IMG/VR virus record: IMGVR_UViG_2537562217_000015
Strand: one strand, 5' to 3'
DNA from: a virus
Lineage: Duplodnaviria > Heunggongvirae > Uroviricota > Caudoviricetes
DNA length: 12,111 nucleotides
A program made the position numbers and the translations under genes. This document shows, piece after piece, positions 1 to 10,561 of the stretch. The notes beneath the pieces were generated by a model. The model was not told the origin of the DNA. It worked only from the letters and a program-made list of their open reading frames with translations, and searched no databases. The number at the start of each line of letters is the position of its first letter. Positions within the stretch are counted from its first letter, which is position 1.

Positions 1-9
1 TCACTCCAC

Positions 10-36
10 AAAAAAGCCCGCCTGAACCGGCGGGCT
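10..36 (-). terminator. Rho-independent terminator downstream of lom
   Basis: Seen in sequence: inverted repeat AGCCCGCC (15-22) / GGCGGGCT (29-36) with a 6-nt loop. On the minus-strand transcript the 8-bp GC-rich stem is followed directly by a U run (plus-strand A run at 10-14). It lies about 25 nt past the lom stop codon (63-65). Confidence 0.6.
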
Positions 37-62
37 GTCATAACACTGTGTTACCTGGCTAA

Positions 63-662
63 TCAGAACTTATAACCGACACCCACGATGAAACCGTCAG
101 TGCGCCAGTCGCCACTGCCGGAGCCTTCATAAGCAATATCAATGGCCACGGATTCGGTCGGGTTAAACTGCACGCCAGCCCCCCACGCCAGAGACGTGTT
201 GCTGTGGCAACCGTCATCACTTCCGGTCAGCACATCGTGCGTTTTCCCCTTGTTGTCAGTTACGCGGAGATAATCCCCGGAGAAAGTCGACACACGGCTG
301 TAAGCCACGCCTGCCATCGCATACGCGCTGAACCATTCATTCACGCGTACAGACGGCCCCGCCATCACGCTGAACCAGCGGTTACGCACTGAATCTTCAT
401 GCCAGCGGGTATCGCTGTAATGGGTCAGCTGGCGATTCTTGTCTCCTGCATAGCTGAATGACGTAACCAGCCCCAGTGTGTCCGTAAACTCATAACGGTA
501 TTTCACGTTAATCCCGTTCAGATCATCACTGCCGGGAACGTTCGTCCGGGCATGAAGATACCCAGCGCTCAGCGTGGACTGATGTTCAGACGCCCATGCA
601 GGCGCACCGGATACGGCCAGACAAATGGCTGCGGACAAAATGGCGGCATAAAGTTTACGCAT
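63..662 (-). CDS. lom: Lom/Ail/PagC-family outer-membrane beta-barrel protein (prophage moron)
   Basis: 199-aa ORF with a signal-peptide-like N-terminus (MRKLYAAILSAAICLAVSGAPAWA) and a C-terminal aromatic residue (…GFIVGVGYKF) typical of OMP beta-barrels. Its position immediately downstream of J matches lambda lom. ATG at 660-662 is preceded by GAGAGG. Confidence 0.88.
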   Translation of the reverse strand: MRKLYAAILSAAICLAVSGAPAWASEHQSTLSAGYLHARTNVPGSDDLNGINVKYRYEFTDTLGLVTSFSYAGDKNRQLTHYSDTRWHEDSVRNRWFSVMAGPSVRVNEWFSAYAMAGVAYSRVSTFSGDYLRVTDNKGKTHDVLTGSDDGCHSNTSLAWGAGVQFNPTESVAIDIAYEGSGSGDWRTDGFIVGVGYKF

Positions 663-686
663 AATTACCTCTCGCTTTTCTGCAAT

Positions 687-710
687 AAAAAAGGCGTCAT
701 TTCTGACGCC
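687..710 (-). terminator. Intrinsic terminator-like hairpin between J and lom
   Basis: Seen in sequence: stem GGCGTCA (693-699) / TGACGCC (704-710) with a 4-nt loop. On the minus-strand RNA it is followed by six U (plus-strand AAAAAA at 687-692). It lies 18 nt past the J stop (729-731) and just upstream of the lom ribosome-binding site. Confidence 0.5.
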
Positions 711-728
711 CGTTCTGGGTTATAAAAT

Positions 729-4130
<3,402 letters not shown>

Positions 4131-4187
4131 TCACGCTCCATAAACGACAAAACCGCCCGCAGGCGGTTTCACATAAAACATTTTGCA

Positions 4188-4859
4188 TCAGCGACCAATC
4201 ACCACAACCTGACCACCGTCCCCTTCGTCTGCCGTGCTGATCTCCTGAGAAACCACCCGTGACCCCACGCGCATTTCACCGTACAGAACGGGCAGAACAT
4301 TGCTCTGGGCAACCATGTTATCCAGGGAGGAGAAATAGGTGTTCTGTTTGCCGTTATCCGTTGTCTGTGTACGGGGAGTTCTGGCTTTCGGTGCCAGCAT
4401 CTGCGCCACACCACCGAGCACCATACTGGCACCGAGAGAAAACAGGATGCCGGTCATACCACCGGCCCCAATGGCTGCCCCCCATGCTGCAAGGGTGGCT
4501 CCGGCGGTAAAGAATGATCCGGCAATGGCGGCAGCCCCCAGGACAATCTGGAATACGCCCCCTGACTTGGCCCCGGCGACTCTGGGAACAATATGAATCA
4601 CAGCGCCATCAGGCAGAGTCTCATGTAACTGCGCCGTTAACCCGGACGTGCTGACGTCCCGCCCGGCAATCCGTACCTGATACCAGCCGTCGCTCAGTTT
4701 CTGACGAAACGCCGGGAGCTGTGTGGCCAGTGCCCGGATGGCTTCAGCCCCCGTTTTCACACGAAGGTCGATGCGGCGACCAAATCGTTGTAAATCCCCG
4801 TAAAGGCAGATGCGCGCCATGCCCGGTGACGCCAGAGGGAGTGTGTGCGTCGCTGCCAT
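4188..4859 (-). CDS. I: Tail tip assembly protein I
   Basis: 223 aa, the same length as lambda gpI, with a glycine/alanine-rich hydrophobic C-terminal half. Its 5' end overlaps the 3' end of K by 103 nt in another frame, as in lambda. ATG at 4857-4859. Confidence 0.9.
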   Translation of the reverse strand: MAATHTLPLASPGMARICLYGDLQRFGRRIDLRVKTGAEAIRALATQLPAFRQKLSDGWYQVRIAGRDVSTSGLTAQLHETLPDGAVIHIVPRVAGAKSGGVFQIVLGAAAIAGSFFTAGATLAAWGAAIGAGGMTGILFSLGASMVLGGVAQMLAPKARTPRTQTTDNGKQNTYFSSLDNMVAQSNVLPVLYGEMRVGSRVVSQEISTADEGDGGQVVVIGR

Positions 4860-5500
4860 TTGTCGGTGTACCTCTCTCGTTTGCTCAGTTGTTCAGGAAT
4901 ATGGTGCAGCAGCTCGCCGTCGCCGCAGTAAATTGCGGCGTGATTCGGCACCGATGAACCAAAACAGCACAGCAGCACATCGCCCGGCTGTGCCGCTGAC
5001 AACGGCACCTGATACAGCCCCGTCGCCTCCAGATTATCCAGATAGAGATTCTGGCCGTGACGCCACCAGTCATCCTCACGATGAAAGTCCGGCATCTCAA
5101 TCCCCGCCAGATGATAAGCATCCCGGAACAGCGTGTAACAGTCCGTCACCCCGTGCTCAAAGCACCGCCCGGTAAGATGCGGCACACAGCGGAACTTGTG
5201 AATCGCCCCCCGGCAGACCAGCCACCACGGCAAATCACTCTGCACCTGCAGCCGCCGGTCGGCCTCACTCAGCCAGGGCAGACCACCGGGGTGGCTGTGG
5301 ACCAGCGCCACAATCTCACCCTGCATTTCTGCCTGCAGCCAGTCTTCCGGCGACATACGGAAATAATCCTCCGGCTCACCGGAGATATTCACGCCGGGGA
5401 AATATCTTTCCCCCTCCGGCGCTCTCACCACGAAGCCGCACGACTCCGCTGGCGCACATCGCCGGGCGTGCGCCAGAATCGCTGATTCTGTCTCTGTCAT
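4757..5500 (-). CDS. K: Tail tip assembly protein K (JAMM/MPN metalloprotease-like plus NlpC/P60-like domains)
   Basis: The ORF runs 4757..5542, but the first in-frame ATG is at 5498-5500 (MTETESAIL…), 4 nt after the L stop. It contains the JAMM motif HSHPGGLPWLSEAD (H-x-H-x7-S-x2-D) with an upstream E-x-C-G (AESCGF), and a downstream Cys/His-bearing region consistent with NlpC/P60. The lambda-annotated start would correspond to ATG at 5354-5356 (MSPEDW…). Confidence 0.85.
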   Translation of the reverse strand: MTETESAILAHARRCAPAESCGFVVRAPEGERYFPGVNISGEPEDYFRMSPEDWLQAEMQGEIVALVHSHPGGLPWLSEADRRLQVQSDLPWWLVCRGAIHKFRCVPHLTGRCFEHGVTDCYTLFRDAYHLAGIEMPDFHREDDWWRHGQNLYLDNLEATGLYQVPLSAAQPGDVLLCCFGSSVPNHAAIYCGDGELLHHIPEQLSKRERYTDKWQRRTHSLWRHRAWRASAFTGIYNDLVAASTFV

Positions 5501-5504
5501 GGGA

Positions 5505-6203
5505 TTACTGCGAAAGTTTGTTAATGGAAAGGAAGCCGCCAAAGTTGCCGACGTTATTGCGAAACTTACAGCCGCTCAGGCATTTGCTGCATTTATCCTT
5601 CGTGATATCGGACGTCGGCTGGTCATATTCATCCGCGACTGCCGGACCGTGATAACCGCACTCATCACCGCGATAGGTCCAGGTGCAGGTGTTGGCCAGC
5701 ATGATACGCCCCGGAAAAACAGCGCCGTCCGTTTCCGTCGGCGTGGACAGTACAAAAGAGGCACTGACCGCGCTCAGTTCGCTGCACTGCTCGATGCGCC
5801 AGCGGCTGATCACCTCCTGCTCCGGATCGGCGTCACTGTTTCCGTTGACGAAGTTCACCGCATCCAGAAAACGGGCGTAAACCTTACGCCGGACCACCGT
5901 TCCGCCGACCAGACTCTGCAGATCTTCCGCCATCCCGGTGACCATACCGTACAGGTTAGAAACCGTCAGCGTGGGGCGCGTACTGGTGCCTTTGCCATTC
6001 AGTTCAAAACCACTCCCCTGAATGGGGTATGCCTGATACTGCCGCCCCTGCCAGGTAACCGGCTCACCTTTTTCGTTCTGCTCATTACAGAAAAAATAAC
6101 GTTCACCACCGACCTCTGTCAGATCGATTTCCCAGAGCACCACCTGGGCTGACTGAGTGAGGCGTGTCGTCTCATGATGTGTTTCCTGTGGAATATCCTG
6201 CAT
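5505..6203 (-). CDS. L: Tail tip protein L
   Basis: 232 aa, the same length as lambda gpL, with a C-terminal cysteine cluster (…CGYHGP…CSKCLSGC…) consistent with the Fe-S site reported for gpL. ATG at 6201-6203 is preceded by GAGG, 9 nt after the M stop. Confidence 0.9.
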   Translation of the reverse strand: MQDIPQETHHETTRLTQSAQVVLWEIDLTEVGGERYFFCNEQNEKGEPVTWQGRQYQAYPIQGSGFELNGKGTSTRPTLTVSNLYGMVTGMAEDLQSLVGGTVVRRKVYARFLDAVNFVNGNSDADPEQEVISRWRIEQCSELSAVSASFVLSTPTETDGAVFPGRIMLANTCTWTYRGDECGYHGPAVADEYDQPTSDITKDKCSKCLSGCKFRNNVGNFGGFLSINKLSQ

Positions 6204-6212
6204 CAGAGCCTC

Positions 6213-6542
6213 CTATGCCACGACCTGTTCAAAATCTGCCGTTATGGTTACCCACAGCGCCCCCACGCTTGCCGACCATTTACGACAAACCACCCTAATC
6301 GGTTTCCAGTCATAAGGTGGCGTCCACTGAAATGCGCGGACGCCACCGTGCTGTTCCAGAAAGGCTTTTAAAGATGGGTGTTCACATTTACGAACACGTA
6401 TCGTCACGCTGTAAGTCGACAACTGGTTATTCAGTCCCGCCGCACGACGCTGTTCATAACCATCGCCCAGCTTCACTGTCACCACTTTCGGCTCTGATAC
6501 CACATTCATATCCGGGCGCACTTTCCAGTGAAACGTCTCCAT
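6213..6542 (-). CDS. M: Tail tip protein M
   Basis: 109 aa, the same length as lambda gpM. Its start codon overlaps the H stop (TAATG arrangement on the minus strand). It lies between H and L. Confidence 0.9.
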   Translation of the reverse strand: METFHWKVRPDMNVVSEPKVVTVKLGDGYEQRRAAGLNNQLSTYSVTIRVRKCEHPSLKAFLEQHGGVRAFQWTPPYDWKPIRVVCRKWSASVGALWVTITADFEQVVA

Positions 6543-9500
6543 TACCGATATGCTCCACTTAACCGACCACCATCACGGGCCTGCTGTTGCATAAAGTCCG
6601 CTGCAGCTTTTTTCCCAAGGTCATAAACCACCTTCAGGGCAGCCGGACCTATCTGCCCGTTCGTGCCATCGTTATTGATCTCAATGTTGTACTGCGGGGC
6701 AAACATCGCCATACCTGAACCACCAATATCCGCCACAACCCCCAGCTTACCGTCAGCACCACGACGAAGTGGCAGAATGGCTTCAGGTCCCGCTTCCCCC
6801 ATCACACCCGCGCCTTTTGCAAAAGCAAAAAACGTCGGACGGTTAACCACCGTGCCACTGTAGCGACTCAAATCAGCCGACTGATAAACACCGCCATCAG
6901 CATTGGCTACAAAATCAAAAGGCAGCGCGGAAGCAATGCCTTTTACCGCTTTCATTAAAGCTATCTGAGCCATGATTCTGGACATATCTGACAGCACAGA
7001 AGAAGTAAAAGATTTGAAATTGAGTTTGCCTGTAGTACAGAATGTCGCCAGCCAGTCACTCATGCTACTGAACGCAGACGTGAACAACTGTTCCACTGTC
7101 CAGGCTGTGTTATCCGCATTCTCAGTGACATTCTGGAGTGCACGCAGGACTCCGTTTTTCCAGTTACCCTGAGCAATTTCAAGCTGTTGCCAGTAACGGC
7201 GATTCTCATTCAGTTGTCGGTTCAGGCTCTCCGTCAGCGCCTGCTCGGCCTTTCTGTAGTCATCCGTGTTATATGTCCCTTTCTGCTCACTATCCCGCCT
7301 CAACTGCTCCAGCTGTTGCTGGTATTTCTGACGAAGACTCAGTTGTACCTGATATCGCTGCCGCTGCTGATCACCCATACCCACCGTGGCGATATCCAGA
7401 TTATGTTGTTGACGCTGAGCACGCTCTTCTTCAGCCAGTTGACTGGTCAGCTGAATTGTTTTTTTCTTCAGCTCGTTGAGTGCCGTCTGTTTCTGAAGCT
7501 CCTGCTGTTTTACATCCAGCAGCGTCAGTGCCTGAATCAGTTCATCTTTACGGGCCAGCACACTCTTTTCATCTTCCGTCAGTTTTTTCCCGTCCAGGTC
7601 GCTGATGCGCTGCTGCAGAGCCAGAAGCTGTTTATGCGCTTCTGTCATCCTTTCCGTGGCAATGCCTGCTGACTGTCTGGCAGCAGCAATCTGTCCTTCC
7701 ACCTGTGCCTGTTGCTGACTGTACTGCAGCAATAACCGGGTGGCCTCATCATTACGGGTTTCGCGTGTTTTTTTCTTACCGGATGCCAGGGCTTTCTCGT
7801 AACGTTCATTTTCACGTTGTATCGCCGCATCCCTGACAGTCTGATCGGCGTACTGCATGGCATTAATACGCGCAATTTCACGCTGATGTCGTGCTGCTTC
7901 CGTTTCATTCATCCGGTTCAGTGCAGCATTTTCAGCATTACGGCGTTTCTGTTGCTCCTGATAATTCCGCTCTGCCTGCTCATTTGCATCCTGCAAATCC
8001 TTCTGGCGTTTTTTCTCCTGAAGCTCGTTAAGACGCTGCTGATCGTACTCAACCTGAGAAAATGATGCCGTCCAGGGAAGTCTTTTCGCCCGCGACACTT
8101 TCTCCTGTAAAGCGGAAATCTGTTCATCCAGCGAGTCTTCAAGACCAATATTCATGGCCGCATCCCAGAAACGACTCCATAAATCAGACAGATACTTCAG
8201 CGTACTGCCCAGCGCATTGAGGTTATTATCAATATCCGCAGTACGCCGACCGGTTTCCTCTGCCAGTGCAGACATGGCTATCCGTGCCGCATCACTGGAC
8301 CGCCCCTGTTCCCCAAGGACGCGTATCTGCTCAAGCTGAGTGGCAGTAAGAAAATGCAGCTCATTGTCCAGAGCCTTCGCGGCATTTACAGGATCATCCT
8401 TCAGCCGCTTAAACTGATTTATGGTATCGCCGACCGACTGGCCAACCGATCGCTCCATCTGTGCGGCAGCTCTCGCCACCATACCGATATCGTTTCCACG
8501 AAATGCACCACTCCCCACCACCTGAGCCAGCGCACCGGCTGCAGCATGTTGCGTAATACCATTCCCGGAAATAGCACGACTGAGCGTCCACAGCTGCCCG
8601 GCAGTGACTCCGGCATAATGCCCCGTCAGCGACAACTGGCGGTTAAATTCTTCCCCCTCCTTCTGACCATCATACCAGGCTTTACCCAGACCATAGACGG
8701 CCGCGGCAATACCGCCAATAACCCCGCCCAGCATCATGCCTTTCGGTGACATCAGTGTGTCTATCCATCCGGCACGGTTAGCCAGCGTTATCCCGGATCC
8801 CCTCAGCGCACCTAAATTGCCGCGAGCCAGTTCACCTATCAGAACGCCTATCTCCTGGCGGGCCGCTGCACTTTTCAGACCCAGCGAATGCGTGGCTTTT
8901 CCTGCCTGCTCCATTTTGCGGATATACACTTCTGCAGCACTGCTTACCCCCAGCTGGGCAGCCTTAGCACGAAGCAACTCAGAAGAGGAAAGATTCTGGC
9001 GGGTTGCCTGCTCTTTAAGCTGACGGATAAACGCCACTTTCTGTCGGGTAGCCTCTGCCTCAGCCTGCGTAAGAACACGGGTTTTCGCCGTAACCTCAGA
9101 AATCAGCGCCAGATAATCCTGCTGACCAATCCCGCCACTGTTTCTGGCCTGTCGGATCTGCTGCTGAATACGCTGTAATTCCTGCAGCCCCGCACTGGCC
9201 TGTTTCACACTGTCAATCTGACGATAAAACGCGGCAGCCGCTTTATCCTGAGCCTCCGCCAGAGCCATGGCCTGCGCCTGTTCCTCGCGCATTTTCTGGC
9301 TCAGTGCCTCCATACGCTGGCGGGTTTGCTCCACCTCGCGGGCCATGCGTTCATGAGCCTGTGCGCTCTTCTCCACCGTCTGCGCATGGACGGATGCGGC
9401 TGTTGCAGCCGAAGAAGCCGCCTGCATTGTCTGCCGGGCGGCCTGAGTCTGACGCTCCATAAAACGCTGCATACGGGCAGAAGACCGTTCTGCATCGCTG

Positions 9501-9598
9501 GCTGCACCATTCAGAAGGTTTTTGATACGGGGAATTTCATTTTTAAACTCTGCCGCATCAATCCCCAAATCAATGACCAGGTTGGCTATCTGGTCCAT
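6542..9598 (-). CDS. H: Tail tape-measure protein (gpH equivalent, variant and longer than lambda H)
   Basis: The ORF spans 6542..9628. The likely start is ATG 9596-9598 (MDQIANLVIDL…), preceded by GGAGGTG with a 6-nt spacer, giving about 1018 aa. It has a long, highly helical Q/A/E/R-rich central region, a hydrophobic glycine-rich segment (MMLGGVIGGIAAAVYGLG), and a C-terminal INNDGTNGQIGPAALK segment resembling the lambda H C-terminus. It sits immediately upstream of M. Confidence 0.9.
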   Translation of the reverse strand: MDQIANLVIDLGIDAAEFKNEIPRIKNLLNGAASDAERSSARMQRFMERQTQAARQTMQAASSAATAASVHAQTVEKSAQAHERMAREVEQTRQRMEALSQKMREEQAQAMALAEAQDKAAAAFYRQIDSVKQASAGLQELQRIQQQIRQARNSGGIGQQDYLALISEVTAKTRVLTQAEAEATRQKVAFIRQLKEQATRQNLSSSELLRAKAAQLGVSSAAEVYIRKMEQAGKATHSLGLKSAAARQEIGVLIGELARGNLGALRGSGITLANRAGWIDTLMSPKGMMLGGVIGGIAAAVYGLGKAWYDGQKEGEEFNRQLSLTGHYAGVTAGQLWTLSRAISGNGITQHAAAGALAQVVGSGAFRGNDIGMVARAAAQMERSVGQSVGDTINQFKRLKDDPVNAAKALDNELHFLTATQLEQIRVLGEQGRSSDAARIAMSALAEETGRRTADIDNNLNALGSTLKYLSDLWSRFWDAAMNIGLEDSLDEQISALQEKVSRAKRLPWTASFSQVEYDQQRLNELQEKKRQKDLQDANEQAERNYQEQQKRRNAENAALNRMNETEAARHQREIARINAMQYADQTVRDAAIQRENERYEKALASGKKKTRETRNDEATRLLLQYSQQQAQVEGQIAAARQSAGIATERMTEAHKQLLALQQRISDLDGKKLTEDEKSVLARKDELIQALTLLDVKQQELQKQTALNELKKKTIQLTSQLAEEERAQRQQHNLDIATVGMGDQQRQRYQVQLSLRQKYQQQLEQLRRDSEQKGTYNTDDYRKAEQALTESLNRQLNENRRYWQQLEIAQGNWKNGVLRALQNVTENADNTAWTVEQLFTSAFSSMSDWLATFCTTGKLNFKSFTSSVLSDMSRIMAQIALMKAVKGIASALPFDFVANADGGVYQSADLSRYSGTVVNRPTFFAFAKGAGVMGEAGPEAILPLRRGADGKLGVVADIGGSGMAMFAPQYNIEINNDGTNGQIGPAALKVVYDLGKKAAADFMQQQARDGGRLSGAYR

Positions 9599-9683
9599 AA
9601 CGCACACCTCCGGAAATACCTTCCCCAAGATGCATCAGTTCTTCGTCCGTTCGCTCCGGTATCCCGTTCTCTTCCGGTAAAAG
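9599..9683 (-). pseudogene. Possible 3' remnant of the upstream tail assembly chaperone gene (G/G-T equivalent), truncated by IS66
   Basis: 85 bp of non-IS DNA between the IS66 left end and the H start. It is open on the minus strand in two frames, one ending at TGA 9635-9637 and one running on to TGA 9570-9572, overlapping the H start. In lambda the T reading frame ends overlapping the H start. This is an inference; no start codon or upstream part is present. Confidence 0.25.
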
Positions 9684-9710
9684 GTAAGCGTCGTCTCAGC
9701 ACCGTCTGGC
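9684..9710 (+). repeat. Putative IS66 left terminal inverted repeat
   Basis: Begins GTAAGCGTCGTCTCAGCACCGTCTGGC. The exact length is unknown because the right inverted repeat is outside the window. The 8 bp immediately to the left (9676-9683, GGTAAAAG) is the candidate target-site duplication. Confidence 0.45.
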
Positions 9711-9764
9711 AGATCCTGAAATTCCTGAGAGAATAGTGGACACCAAATATGGTGGACGCTATTC

Positions 9765-10169
9765 ATGAAATCATTAACCGCAGTGCGTAAAAAAAGCCCT
9801 AATTATCCCGTTGAGTTCAAAATCAAAATGGTGGAACTCTCGCATCGACCAGAGATCTCCGTAGCGCAACTCGCTCGTGAGCATGGGATCAACGATAATT
9901 TGCTGTTCAAGTGGCGCCAGTACTGGCGCGAAGGAAAACTACGTCCTCCTTCAACAACAGAAAACAACGTGCCTGAGCTGCTCCCGATAACACTTGATGC
10001 CGAAGATGTTGTCCCTACAACCTCCCCCCGGTCACAACCTGTAGCTGCTGCGACACCTGAATCACTCAATATCAGCTGTGAAGTGACGTTCCGGCACGGA
10101 TCACTCCGTCTGAATGGTGCCATCAGCGAAAATATCCTGAACCTGCTGATACGGGAGCTCAAACGTTGA
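9765..10169 (+). CDS. tnpA: IS66-family accessory protein TnpA (Orf1)
   Basis: 134-aa ORF starting 81 bp inside the IS end. The N-terminal region (ISVAQLAREHGINDNLLFKWRQ) looks like a helix-turn-helix. Its stop overlaps the next ORF's start by 4 nt. Confidence 0.85.
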   Translation: MKSLTAVRKKSPNYPVEFKIKMVELSHRPEISVAQLAREHGINDNLLFKWRQYWREGKLRPPSTTENNVPELLPITLDAEDVVPTTSPRSQPVAAATPESLNISCEVTFRHGSLRLNGAISENILNLLIRELKR

Positions 10170-10513
10170 TCCCATTACCATCAGGGACAAAGATCTGGCT
10201 GGTCGCTGGCATCACCGATATGAGAAACGGCTTCAACGGCCTGGCGGCAAAGGTGCAGACGACGCTGAAAGACGATCCGATGTCAGGTCACGTTTTTATC
10301 TTCCGTGGGCGTAATGGCAGTCAGGTAAAGCTCCTCTGGTCTACCGGCGATGGACTGTGTCTGCTGACCAAACGGCTGGAGCGCGGCCGCTTCGCCTGGC
10401 CGTCAGCCCGGGATGGCAAAGTGTTCCTCACACCGGCACAGCTGGCGATGCTGCTGGAAGGTATCGACTGGCGGCAGCCTAAAAGACTACTTACGTCCCT
10501 GACTATGTTGTAA
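10166..10513 (+). CDS. tnpB: IS66-family TnpB (Orf2); unrelated to IS200/IS605 TnpB
   Basis: 115-aa ORF (MIPLPSGTKIWLVAGITDMRNGFNGL…), the typical size and sequence character of IS66 Orf2. Its apparent start is TTG at 10166-10168, overlapping the tnpA stop (TTGA). Confidence 0.85.
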   Translation: MIPLPSGTKIWLVAGITDMRNGFNGLAAKVQTTLKDDPMSGHVFIFRGRNGSQVKLLWSTGDGLCLLTKRLERGRFAWPSARDGKVFLTPAQLAMLLEGIDWRQPKRLLTSLTML

Positions 10514-10561
10514 GCCTCTTTATCCTGGTCGACGCTGAATGAGCCTGGTAATATACCCGGT

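Noticed and set aside
663-728. Possible sigma-70 promoter for lom (TTGCAG about 25 nt upstream of the ATG)
   Set aside because: There is only a weak -35-like hexamer and no convincing -10 element at proper spacing; the region is mostly taken up by the terminator hairpin and the ribosome-binding site. The evidence is too thin to call a promoter.
4150-4169. GC-rich hairpin (AAACCGCC / GGCGGTTT) in the 60-bp gap between I and J
   Set aside because: It has the stem of an intrinsic terminator but no clean U tract after it on the minus-strand transcript, and J needs read-through from I in the late operon. It is more likely an RNA structure of minor effect than a functional terminator.
5499-6152. 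217-aa plus-strand ORF antisense to L, along with other plus-strand ORFs of 60-160 aa across I, K, H and M (e.g. 7187..7672, 8354..8749)
   Set aside because: All are embedded antisense in confidently assigned tail genes and lack start-codon context and protein-like composition. I treat them as spurious.
9326-9736. 136-aa plus-strand ORF spanning the H start, the phage remnant and the IS66 left end
   Set aside because: It crosses the phage/IS boundary and is antisense to the H 5' end. It cannot be a native gene of either element.
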